Positions 1 to 8,580 of a stretch of DNA of 64,000 nucleotides are shown here, piece after piece (positions within the stretch are counted from its first letter, which is position 1; the number at the start of each line of letters is the position of its first letter). The notes under the pieces were generated by a model. The model saw only the letters and a program-made list of their open reading frames with translations. It searched no databases and was not told where the DNA came from. The position numbers were made by a program, and so were the translations under genes. This DNA comes from an uncultured archaeon (lineage in GTDB: Archaea > Aenigmatarchaeota > Aenigmatarchaeia > PWEA01 > JAGHBM01). The stretch covers positions 51,507 to 115,506 of the forward strand of contig CAZXFI010000001.1 of the NCBI GenBank assembly GCA_964640225.1, written 5' to 3'.

Positions 1-781
1 TGAAACCGGACAAGCTGTCAATGGGCTTTGTTCTGGCTCCGAGAGTGGAAGATTAACTCCTTCCGAAAGTTGCTATGGCGTGCCTGTGTCTCCAGTAGAA
101 CTTGAAGAAAGCGAGCAGAAAGCCTATAACGAACCCTATCACAAATCCTATTATAATACCTCCCACGTCTGAAAAAACGGGGTTGGAAAAAAACGCGCTG
201 AAATCAAACTCCTGGGCCAAATTATCACCTAATAGTATTGTGTTCCTATATTTAAAAATTTTTATTTGGGCGTTTCCAGAATTATAGCATGGGGGTCGTG
301 AATATAGAGGAACAAATGAGGTTCTATTATTTCAGGCGGGTGGACAACTATTTCGCTTTTGCAGATCCTGACTGCTACGTGAACATAGAGAATTGCACTA
401 AGCGGCTGTAAAATCAGCAATTGTCGATTTTGTCACTACTTTTTAGAGTTAACTATTTAACTTTCAGAAACCAGTTATGTTTACAGTAATGAAAGCAACC
501 ATCCCAGTGACTGCAGAGGGATGACGTTAATTCTGACTTCACCCTGACGTGTTTAGGGATGGCTGGCTTTGCGGGGGGTGATGAGAATGAAGAAGGAAGA
601 AAAACTGCCGATATACGAGGTTTGCGGAAACGACTGCATCGGCATACTGGAGAACGGGAGACTTGTCACTAAGTTCAGGCTGAAGAAAATCAAAAACTTT
701 TTGGGCAAGGAATAATGCGAAAAAGTTTTGGTTTTGCTAGCCCAGAATATTTTTTTATATTCCCGCAATTATAGGTTATTT

Positions 782-3034
782 ATGGTCTGCGAATACGAAC
801 TGGACAACGGCGTTCTCAAGGTCAACTGCCTGGGCTGCATTCACGGCGCAAGCGTGGAGGACTACGACGACTGCATGGCGAGGGTGGTTGACAAGGTAAT
901 AGAAAACAAGGGAGTTGAGAGCATAGTCCTTTCCAAGGAAAGGGAGTACGAATACAACAGGGAGCAGACCCAGATGATAGTTGAGCTGGCCGGAGCCCTC
1001 AAGGAGATAGTGAGAAACAAGGCCCTTCTCAACCCGCTTGAAGAGGGGGAATGCAAAAACGTAACAGACAAAAAAGCGGCCAGCCTCAGGAGGCTTATAC
1101 TCGGGAGGATGAGAAGCGATCCCATAGGAACTTACGTGGCACTGAAAAGAATGATAAGGCACACGAGAATAAGAATAAGCTCCCTCCCGGAAAAAAAGGC
1201 CCGGTGCAACGAGATTTTTCTTGAAAAGGTTCTTATCCCCATAAGGGGCATTTTTGAGGAGCTTGAAATCATAAAGAAGGTAAGGCCCTTCCTGGGAAAA
1301 TACAGGACCGGAGACCGCTCGGTATACAGGGAAATATTCCACCCCACGATAAAGCCCAAGTTCATGAGAACCAAGTACGTTTCCGTGCCCCCGGAAAAAA
1401 GCGAGATAGTGGACAGGTACGAGCTTCCAGGAAAGATACAGGTTGAGATATACAGGAAGCCCGACACGGTGCGCTGCTTTTACCACGTCACCCCCCCGGA
1501 ACTTAGGCTTTCCGAGGACAAGTACACCATCCTGGACGCTGCCATAAGGTACATGACCCAGCACAAGCCCAAGACAACTGAATTCGCCGAGCCCGATAAG
1601 ATGAGGGAGGTCTTCTCCAACATAGGAAGGGACCTGATAGCCGACATAACAGAGCAGATGGGGCTGCGGCTGTCCTCCCAGGACGTGGAGGAGCTCACCT
1701 CAATACTCGTACGATACACCTCGGGGCTGGGCATAATAGAGGTCATACTGGCGGACCAGAAGATCCAGGACGTTTACATAAACTCCCCCGCGGGAGAGCT
1801 CCCCATTTACCTTTACCACTCCGACTTCCAGGAATGCGAGACCAACCTGATTCCCACGCAGGAAGACGCGGAATACTGGGCCACCAGGTTCAGGATTCTT
1901 TCCGGCAGGCCCCTGGACGAGGCGAATCCCGTCCTGGACACGCAGGTTTCCGTTCCCGGAGGAAGCGCGAGGATAGCCGTGATAACCAGGAGCCTGTCAC
2001 CGGAGGGCCTGGGATTTGCCATAAGGAGGCACAGGGACCAACCCTGGACTTACCCGCTTTTCATTCAGCCCAGCGTGGGATATATGAGCCCGCTTTTCGC
2101 GGGATTCATGTCTTTCGTGATTGACGGAGCCCGGACATTCCTGATAGGAGGAACCAGGTCCTCGGGCAAGACCTCCCTGCTGAACGCCTCCCTGCTGGAG
2201 ATAATGAAGAAAAACAGGATAATCACGGTTGAGGACACGCTGGAACTCAGCGTGGAGAGGATGAAACAGCTGGGCTTCAACGTGGAGAGGCTGAAATCCC
2301 GCTCGGTGATAACGCAGGTTGAAACGGAGCTGCCCACCGAGGAAGCCATAAGGACCGCCCTCAGGCTCGGAGACTCTTGCCTTATTCTGGGGGAAGTCAG
2401 GTCAACTGAGGCCAAGGCGCTTTACGAGGCCATGAGAGTCGGAGCGCTGGCCAACACGGTCGCGGGCACCATACACGGGGAAAGCGCCTACGGGGTTTTT
2501 GACAGGGTCGTGAACGACCTTGAGGTGCCGGCCACCTCGTTCAAGGCGACCGATTTGATAGTGATATGCAACATGCTCAGGTCCCCGGACGGGCTTCACA
2601 ACTTCAGGAGGGTCGTGGCCGTCACCGAGGTAAGGAAGCACTGGAAGGACGACCCCGTAAGGGAGAACGGCTTCGTGAACCTCATGGAATACTCGGCCAA
2701 GGATGACGAACTGAAACCCACATCCACCTTCCTTAACGGGGAAAGCATGGTCCTTAACGACATAGCAAGAAAAGTCAGGGAATGGTCCGGGAACTGGGCG
2801 GCTGTATGGGAGAACATAGAGCTGAGGAGCAGGGTAAAGAAGACGATAACGGACACGGCCCTCAGGACGGGAAAGCTTGAGCTCATGGAGGCACCTTTCG
2901 TGGTAAGGTCAAACGAGAAGTTCCACATAATCTCGGACGAGGTCAAGAGGGAACTGGGCTCAATAGACGCTAACGTGGTCTATGAAAAGTGGAGCGGCTG
3001 GCTAAGGGAAGTAATAAAGAAGGAAAGATTCTAG
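782..3034 (+). CDS. Type II/IV secretion-family assembly ATPase (archaeal FlaI/PilB/GspE-VirB11 superfamily); ORF track starts at 728 but ATG 782 is preferred
   Basis: Walker A GGTRSSGKTSLLNA and Walker B-like CLILGEVRSTEA in a roughly 750 aa protein. A polytopic platform gene lies immediately downstream. A TATA-like TTTTTTATATTCC sits about 20 nt upstream of ATG 782, suggesting a leaderless start. Confidence 0.8.
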   Translation: MVCEYELDNGVLKVNCLGCIHGASVEDYDDCMARVVDKVIENKGVESIVLSKEREYEYNREQTQMIVELAGALKEIVRNKALLNPLEEGECKNVTDKKAASLRRLILGRMRSDPIGTYVALKRMIRHTRIRISSLPEKKARCNEIFLEKVLIPIRGIFEELEIIKKVRPFLGKYRTGDRSVYREIFHPTIKPKFMRTKYVSVPPEKSEIVDRYELPGKIQVEIYRKPDTVRCFYHVTPPELRLSEDKYTILDAAIRYMTQHKPKTTEFAEPDKMREVFSNIGRDLIADITEQMGLRLSSQDVEELTSILVRYTSGLGIIEVILADQKIQDVYINSPAGELPIYLYHSDFQECETNLIPTQEDAEYWATRFRILSGRPLDEANPVLDTQVSVPGGSARIAVITRSLSPEGLGFAIRRHRDQPWTYPLFIQPSVGYMSPLFAGFMSFVIDGARTFLIGGTRSSGKTSLLNASLLEIMKKNRIITVEDTLELSVERMKQLGFNVERLKSRSVITQVETELPTEEAIRTALRLGDSCLILGEVRSTEAKALYEAMRVGALANTVAGTIHGESAYGVFDRVVNDLEVPATSFKATDLIVICNMLRSPDGLHNFRRVVAVTEVRKHWKDDPVRENGFVNLMEYSAKDDELKPTSTFLNGESMVLNDIARKVREWSGNWAAVWENIELRSRVKKTITDTALRTGKLELMEAPFVVRSNEKFHIISDEVKRELGSIDANVVYEKWSGWLREVIKKERF

Positions 3035-3066
3035 TTATTTATAAAAACGGCTATCATAATTAAATC

Positions 3067-5166
3067 ATGGCCAAGCCCCCGAAGAAGACAGAGGAAGACA
3101 TAAGAAGGGAGGAAATAAAGAAAATTCTCAGCGAGACAAGCCCGGAGTTCAAGCATCTTGCCGGGAGCAGAATAGAGACCCAGAGCAAGGAATACAAGGA
3201 GTTCAAGGAAGAAGAGATTGAAAAAAAGCTTTCTGTTTATGAAAAACTGTGCAACTTATCCGAGAAAATAGGTCTGGAACCGGATAAGGAAATGGCACGG
3301 AAAATGCAGGATGCCATAGATTTTGCGCACCTCAGGATTACACCGAAAGGGGCCTTTTCCTTTGCCATAGTGGCATGCGTCTCAATAATTTTCCTTACCA
3401 TAATCGGAACAATAACCGAGCTGGCCCTGACCGGAACCGCCAACGTAAACAATCTGCTAATATTCTTCGGTATTTCCATAGCCTCCCTGTTCGCGCTTAC
3501 AAAATACCCGGAATTCGTTGCCGACAACTTCAGGATAAAGGCCGCGCAGGAGATAATACTTGCCATAATTTACATGGTAATATACATGAGGACTTCGCCC
3601 CAGATGGAGGGGGCGGTAAGGTTCGCGGCCAAGAACCTCTCCGGCCCGCTGGCCTACGACCTGAGAAAGATACTTTGGGACGTGGAAACCAGAAGGTACG
3701 AGACAATTTACGACGCGATGACGGACTACCTGAAAGGGTGGGAAAAGAACAAGGAATTCATGGAGGCCATACAGCTCATAAGAACTAGCCTGGAGCAGCC
3801 CGAGGCCAAAAGGTACCAGATGCTGGACGAGGCAATAAACATAATACTTCAGGGGACCGAGGAGAAAATGAGACACTATTCGCAGTCTCTGAGGACTCCG
3901 GTGACCATAATATACGCGCTCGGGATAACGCTCCCCGTGCTCGTACTGGTTTTATTTCCCATCATCATGCTCATGCTGAGCGACACCATAAACCCGCTTT
4001 TCCTGGTAGTGGGCTATGACGTGGTGCTGCCGATATTGATATTCGTTATAAGCTACGAGATTCTCATGCGAAGGCCCATAGGATACAGTACGCCCGACAT
4101 AACGCTTCACCCCAAATATTCCCCGCTGGGAAAGCTCAAGCTGGTGCTAATGGGAAAGGAAAAGTTTATGCCGCTATGGCCCATGGGCGCCGCGGTGTCC
4201 GTACCCTTTGTTATTGCCGGGGTGCTGATAATGCTTTCGGACCCGTCTCCCGTGGGCTTCATCAACCTGGTCGGCTCCCTTGTCTTCGTGTGGGGCCTGG
4301 GAATAGGTTTTGCCGTGGTGTTCCTGATTGAAAGCAAGATGAAAATAGGCATCAGGAACCAGATAAAGAGCATACAGGACGAGTTCAGCGAGGCCCTGTT
4401 CCAGCTTGGCAACAGGCTGGCCCTGGGCAACCCCATGGAAAAGGCAATGGAGCAGACCATAGAAAAGGCTTCAAACCTGAAAATATCGGACCTTTTCAGG
4501 AAGGCCCTCCGCAACATAAAGAGAAGCAGCCTCCCGCTTGAGGCGGCGCTGTTTGACAGGAAAGTGGGGGCAATATGGGAATACCCATCCAAGCTCGTGA
4601 TAAACGTCATGAAAATACTCTTTGAGGCCACGAAAAAAGGCGTGAAGAACGCGGCACTGAGCGCCATATCAATATCCCGCTACGTCAAGCAGATACACAA
4701 CATAGAGGAAAGCCTGAAAGAGATGCTCAGCGAATCCACGGCAAGCATGAGGGTTCTGGGAATGTTCATCGCGCCCCTGATAGCCGGGGTAACTGTAACG
4801 ATGACAGCCATAATGATGATGATATTCAAGACTCTGGGAGAGCTCATGGGAACGCTTGAGATTACGGAAGGCAACACGGTCGGGGGAATGGGACTCCAGA
4901 ACCTCATGATAGGCTCCTGGGGAACAGTAGGAAACATACTGACAATAGGCGTTTTCCAGATAATCGTGGGTGTGTATATGATTGAAATCGGGTATCTGCT
5001 GGCCTACCTGGTCTCGGGAATAGACAACGGCCAGGGAGACCTTATTGGTAGGAGGGAACTGGCCGGGTACAACATTTTAATAGGACTGGCTGTATATACT
5101 CTTACAGTGCTTGTCACGTATTTCATATTCGCTCCCATGGTGGGAGTGCTCGTGGGCACAATGTAG
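3067..5166 (+). CDS. Polytopic membrane platform protein of archaeal type IV pilus/archaellum-like systems (FlaJ/TadC/GspF-like)
   Basis: 699 aa with multiple hydrophobic helices in N- and C-terminal blocks separated by a cytoplasmic domain, as in FlaJ/TadC. It is translationally coupled downstream of the secretion ATPase. Confidence 0.65.
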   Translation: MAKPPKKTEEDIRREEIKKILSETSPEFKHLAGSRIETQSKEYKEFKEEEIEKKLSVYEKLCNLSEKIGLEPDKEMARKMQDAIDFAHLRITPKGAFSFAIVACVSIIFLTIIGTITELALTGTANVNNLLIFFGISIASLFALTKYPEFVADNFRIKAAQEIILAIIYMVIYMRTSPQMEGAVRFAAKNLSGPLAYDLRKILWDVETRRYETIYDAMTDYLKGWEKNKEFMEAIQLIRTSLEQPEAKRYQMLDEAINIILQGTEEKMRHYSQSLRTPVTIIYALGITLPVLVLVLFPIIMLMLSDTINPLFLVVGYDVVLPILIFVISYEILMRRPIGYSTPDITLHPKYSPLGKLKLVLMGKEKFMPLWPMGAAVSVPFVIAGVLIMLSDPSPVGFINLVGSLVFVWGLGIGFAVVFLIESKMKIGIRNQIKSIQDEFSEALFQLGNRLALGNPMEKAMEQTIEKASNLKISDLFRKALRNIKRSSLPLEAALFDRKVGAIWEYPSKLVINVMKILFEATKKGVKNAALSAISISRYVKQIHNIEESLKEMLSESTASMRVLGMFIAPLIAGVTVTMTAIMMMIFKTLGELMGTLEITEGNTVGGMGLQNLMIGSWGTVGNILTIGVFQIIVGVYMIEIGYLLAYLVSGIDNGQGDLIGRRELAGYNILIGLAVYTLTVLVTYFIFAPMVGVLVGTM

Positions 5167-5174
5167 GTGTAAAA

Positions 5175-5288
5175 ATGAAAGGAATCTTGGGTTACGGGCT
5201 TTGGCAGACCATAGTGGCCGTCACGATAGGCCTTGCACTTGTGCTTTTCATAATAGCAATGTTCTACAACGTGTGGGGGGCGATATAA
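5175..5288 (+). CDS. Mini single-pass membrane peptide (37 aa), pilin-like N-terminus MKG-ILGYGLWQTIVAV
   Basis: ATG preceded by GGTGTAAAAATG. Sequence is MKGILGYGLWQTIVAVTIGLALVLFIIAMFYNVWGAI. Its stop overlaps the next start (TAATG). Confidence 0.45.
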   Translation: MKGILGYGLWQTIVAVTIGLALVLFIIAMFYNVWGAI

Positions 5289-5416
5289 TGGAGATGAGAA
5301 TCGTGATAACAATAGCGCTTTTCCTGGTGCTGTTCGTGGTGGCTCTCTTCATACTTGCGCCCAGCCTTTCGGCTTTTTTGGGGCATATCTCTGATATGGG
5401 TTTCACTCCTGAATAA
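5288..5416 (+). CDS. Mini single-pass membrane peptide (42 aa)
   Basis: MEMRIVITIALFLVLFVVALFILAPSLSAFLGHISDMGFTPE. Start overlaps the previous stop. Lies in frame within ORF 5111..5416. Confidence 0.4.
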   Translation: MEMRIVITIALFLVLFVVALFILAPSLSAFLGHISDMGFTPE

Positions 5417-5448
5417 TTTTATATTTAAAACAGGATATAATATTATTC

Positions 5449-5646
5449 ATGGACAAGAAGATGGCCGAAATAATATTTGTTATACTTGTTTTCCTGGTAG
5501 GCTTCATATTTTTCATAGCAATGTTCGGTGAAACTTTGGGAATAGGTACTATTTTCACAAAAATGTGGTGCTACGGGTACTGCGCCATGAAGATAACCAA
5601 TCCGTTGTGGGGCGGCGCAATTCCGGGAGGTTTTTGCGGATGCTGA
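5449..5646 (+). CDS. Small membrane peptide (65 aa) with C-terminal Cys/Gly-rich tail
   Basis: MDKKMAEIIFVILVFLVGFIFFIAMF followed by CYGYC and GGFCGC. ORF-track entry. Confidence 0.45.
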   Translation: MDKKMAEIIFVILVFLVGFIFFIAMFGETLGIGTIFTKMWCYGYCAMKITNPLWGGAIPGGFCGC

Positions 5647-5798
5647 AGGGGGTGTCGCACCTGATGTGGTTCGTGCTTGCCTTCGTGGTTATAGTGATAC
5701 TGATAGCAGTCAGCGTGCTTATACTCAATCAGGGGCAAGGCTATGCCCTGGGTGGCATAGAAGACATGATAAACAGCGTCAGTGACATGATAGGGTGA
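5640..5798 (+). CDS. Mini single-pass membrane peptide (52 aa), class III-like MLKG-VSHLMWFVLAF
   Basis: ATG overlaps the previous gene's stop (GGATGCTGA). KG followed by a roughly 25-residue hydrophobic helix. Confidence 0.45.
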   Translation: MLKGVSHLMWFVLAFVVIVILIAVSVLILNQGQGYALGGIEDMINSVSDMIG

Positions 5799-5802
5799 TT
5801 AT

Positions 5803-5970
5803 TTGAAAAAGGGATTTTCCGGCTTGCCTTCAATGGTTTACATAATAATAATACTGGTAGTGGCAGTCGCGGTGTTCTTTTTCATCTACATGAACGTGGA
5901 GGGCAACGCGGACAGCATATTTGATGCTATGAGGGACATTTTAAAGGGTATCCCTCCCGACTTGGGGTGA
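5803..5970 (+). CDS. Mini single-pass membrane peptide; probable TTG start (KKG-FSGLPSMVYIIIILVVAV), alternative ATG at 5833
   Basis: In-frame TTG AAA AAG GGA TTT begins 5 nt after the previous stop. K-K-G then a hydrophobic helix. Ends GIPPDLG. Confidence 0.35.
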   Translation: MKKGFSGLPSMVYIIIILVVAVAVFFFIYMNVEGNADSIFDAMRDILKGIPPDLG

Positions 5971-5998
5971 CTTTGTGGGATATCTAACGTGGCAGAGC

Positions 5999-6118
5999 AT
6001 GACAGGAAAAATATGGACAATCCTGCTGTTCGTCATCATCCTTATAATAATGTTCCTGATAATAACCGCCGTGGTGCCGGAAATGCAGCTGATAGCGGGA
6101 GTTTTTGAGGAGATGTGA
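5999..6118 (+). CDS. Mini single-pass membrane peptide (39 aa)
   Basis: MTGKIWTILLFVIILIIMFLIITAVVPEMQLIAGVFEEM. Stop lies 3 nt before the next gene's ATG (6122). Confidence 0.4.
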   Translation: MTGKIWTILLFVIILIIMFLIITAVVPEMQLIAGVFEEM

Positions 6119-6121
6119 AAA

Positions 6122-6904
6122 ATGGCGAAAGGCTCAATAGACAAAATACTTTCAATATTCATAGCAGCGGTCGTGATTCTTTTGATAGTTGCCGCTGCCT
6201 ACAACGTCATAAAAGGATTGGGAGCCCACATGGCCGAGTCTATATCAACCGGAAGTTCGGCTGAAGACATAGCAGACGCGGTGAACGACATCAACGAATG
6301 CATAGAGGAAAACGGCGAAGGCAGATGCACCGAGGAAATAACCCTGGATATAAGCGTGCCACAGGGGCTCGAAGACAGCGGAATGCCTTACGTAGGTGCG
6401 GACCCCCTGTGGGTAATTTACCACGACAAGTGCCTTTCAAACGATGATGATACGGGCTTGCCGGGAGAAAACGACGACTCCTGTGAAAACATAGGGGATG
6501 TGGAACCCCTGGTGAAGGAAAGTGACTGCGAGTGCCACAGTCTGTGGGACAGCGGAAAATTCGCGCCCAGGTGCGAGAACGACTTTTGCTGGGGAATGGT
6601 GGAAAACCAGGCTCCGGGAAGGTCGCAGGTAAACCCGAGAGCCCTGGAAAGGCTCCAGTCTTTCTACATAATAGACCCGTGCTACGCCAGAATCAAAGTG
6701 CGCGAGAACCCGGCCAATCCCGGGAAGATAGAGATATGCTTTGAAGAGCCTCTTGAACCTCCCGTGCCCGGCTACGCCAACTGGTGCTGCGCTGATCCAG
6801 ACAAGGTGGACTGTGCCTTGCAACCGCCCATGGGAAAAGAGTGGCCGTTTACTGCTAACGGGGTGTGGAATGGTCTGCAAACAGGCACCTGCCATAAATG
6901 CTAG
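6122..6904 (+). CDS. Secreted Cys-rich protein with archaeal class III (prepilin-like) signal peptide
   Basis: N-terminus MAKG-SIDKILSIFIAAVVILLIVAAAY (K-G-S then a hydrophobic helix). The remainder is hydrophilic with about 20 Cys. Confidence 0.55.
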   Translation: MAKGSIDKILSIFIAAVVILLIVAAAYNVIKGLGAHMAESISTGSSAEDIADAVNDINECIEENGEGRCTEEITLDISVPQGLEDSGMPYVGADPLWVIYHDKCLSNDDDTGLPGENDDSCENIGDVEPLVKESDCECHSLWDSGKFAPRCENDFCWGMVENQAPGRSQVNPRALERLQSFYIIDPCYARIKVRENPANPGKIEICFEEPLEPPVPGYANWCCADPDKVDCALQPPMGKEWPFTANGVWNGLQTGTCHKC

Positions 6905-6912
6905 TGATTTGA

Positions 6913-7353
6913 ATGCCCTCAACTGAATCCCTGATGGAGATGTTCGCGACTCTGATACTTTTCGCGCTGATAGCCATGCTACTTCTCACCGTTTTCGGCA
7001 AAACCGTGGGAGGAGGGGAAGTTCCCATGGGCCAGGCTTACCCGGTGACTCAGAAAATCGTGTTCAGGATTAACACAATGTCGGCGAGTCTGCAGAACGA
7101 GACAGCGATACTTAAGATAGACCCCTTCCAGTACAACATAACTTTTGACGTTAACAACAACTACGTGGAAAGCAAAGTCAAGTATTTCGGCGATACAAAG
7201 TACGGACTTTTCCTTTTTCCGGACATAAGCCTAATTGCCCCGGACTACATAGACTGTCCCCACGGCGAATGCCTGCCCAAGAACCTTGTCATAGAAAAGA
7301 AAGTTTATGAAGACGGTCCTGTTGAGATAACGGTCTGGGAGGAGATAATATGA
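6913..7353 (+). CDS. N-terminally membrane-anchored or pilin-like secreted protein
   Basis: N-terminal helix MFATLILFALIAMLLLTVFGKTV followed by a soluble domain containing a CPHGEC motif. Lies inside the pilin-like gene array. Confidence 0.45.
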   Translation: MPSTESLMEMFATLILFALIAMLLLTVFGKTVGGGEVPMGQAYPVTQKIVFRINTMSASLQNETAILKIDPFQYNITFDVNNNYVESKVKYFGDTKYGLFLFPDISLIAPDYIDCPHGECLPKNLVIEKKVYEDGPVEITVWEEII

Positions 7354-8132
7354 AAGGCTCCCTTTCAACAGCAGTAACTGCCGGGCTTATAATACTTTCC
7401 ATGATTTTCATTGTAATCTTGCTTTTTAGCACGGCCGAATTGACAGCGGAATCATACGCCAGCGCCACTCTTCAGATAAGCAAGTTTTCCGTGTTCCACA
7501 AGATAATGACCTCAAGGAACTGCGTGAGCACTGGGGAAACAGGCATACTCAACAAGACTCTTCTGGATGACGCAAACAACGGGGGAGAACTTGAATGCGC
7601 ATACCTGCCAGACTGCGCCCATTACGTGAGAGTGGACAACCTGAACAACGGGGAAAGCTGGGACTGGAAATTCGGCTACAAGGGCGACGGGGACTGGCAG
7701 GACTACATGGAGACTTACGTCTCTATAATGGACGGCAGCGACGTCATACCCGGGTTCGTGTCAATGAAGATAAACTGCAAGGACCCCGTGATAAACGAGG
7801 AGGAAGACAACTTCATAATATGCCTGACCGCGGCAGCGGAGAGGGCGTGGATAACGGGGGAACTGGAAAAGAAATGCAACATGGGGAGCGAGATTATGGC
7901 AGACAAACTAATAGACGTGGACTTTGACCCCGACAAGATATGCCTCAAGGACAGCGGAGGTGTGATAGAATGCAGAAACTTTTACCAGGCGGTTGCCGAC
8001 GACGTGACAAAGCAAAAAGGTAGCCAGAAAGACATGTGCACCGTGAAATATGTTAAAGTTGGTACAGAACTGATAATAGACGAGTTTGAATGCGAAAAAG
8101 GTAAATTTAACGGACTGGACGGAGTTGATTGA
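7350..8132 (+). CDS. Secreted Cys-rich protein with class III signal peptide (MKG-SLSTAVTAGLIILSMIF)
   Basis: K-G-S motif then a hydrophobic helix. A Cys-rich hydrophilic domain follows. The 4-nt start/stop overlap with the upstream gene indicates translational coupling. Confidence 0.55.
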   Translation: MKGSLSTAVTAGLIILSMIFIVILLFSTAELTAESYASATLQISKFSVFHKIMTSRNCVSTGETGILNKTLLDDANNGGELECAYLPDCAHYVRVDNLNNGESWDWKFGYKGDGDWQDYMETYVSIMDGSDVIPGFVSMKINCKDPVINEEEDNFIICLTAAAERAWITGELEKKCNMGSEIMADKLIDVDFDPDKICLKDSGGVIECRNFYQAVADDVTKQKGSQKDMCTVKYVKVGTELIIDEFECEKGKFNGLDGVD

Positions 8133-8580
8133 AATTAGGAAAGGTTTCGTGATACAGGTATTCACTCTGTTTTTCATAATAGGCCTTACGATGGGCATTT
8201 TCATAGCAGGCATCCTTATAGCTTCGGGCCACCTGAAGCTAATACTGGCCGTTGAAACCAATTTTGAAAGACCCTCCATGACGCAGATTTCCGCCAATTC
8301 TTTCATGAGAATGGAAAACAGCTACCCGGATCAGGGAAACGAGATGAGAAACATTATGTCCAACTTCAGGAACAGCGGCGACGACGCCGTTCTCAGGCAG
8401 GCCATAACAGATTCCATGGATGAGATGTTTGACGTGGTGGGGGACAGCAGCAACGTGATGGTGAAGGTGGGAGACCTTTACTTCAACAAGGGGCTTATGG
8501 GAGACCATGACACGGGCTTCGGGCTGGTTGCTTACCCTGAAGGCCAGGCGGAAAAAATACAGGTGAGGGTTTACAAATGA
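8086..8580 (+). CDS. Pilin-like secreted protein; the real start is probably TTG around 8128-8131, giving MIEIRKG-FVIQVFTLFFIIGL
   Basis: ATG 8086 overlaps the upstream gene by 47 nt. The in-frame sequence TTG ATT GAA ATT AGG AAA GGT TTC gives a canonical R-K-G-F class III motif just before the hydrophobic helix. Confidence 0.45.
   Translation: MNAKKVNLTDWTELIEIRKGFVIQVFTLFFIIGLTMGIFIAGILIASGHLKLILAVETNFERPSMTQISANSFMRMENSYPDQGNEMRNIMSNFRNSGDDAVLRQAITDSMDEMFDVVGDSSNVMVKVGDLYFNKGLMGDHDTGFGLVAYPEGQAEKIQVRVYK

Noticed and set aside
54-343. Possible - strand ORF ending at 54 (C-terminal hydrophobic GGIIIGFVIGFVIGFLLAFF...)
   Set aside because: There is no ATG in frame, only a TTG. It is too short and unsupported. 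Left unannotated, although a small membrane protein cannot be excluded.
776-1564. 262-aa antisense ORF (and 862..1125, 1132..1467) within the secretion ATPase gene
   Set aside because: Antisense to a confidently assigned ATPase gene. No motifs. Typical stop-poor antisense frame in GC-rich coding DNA.
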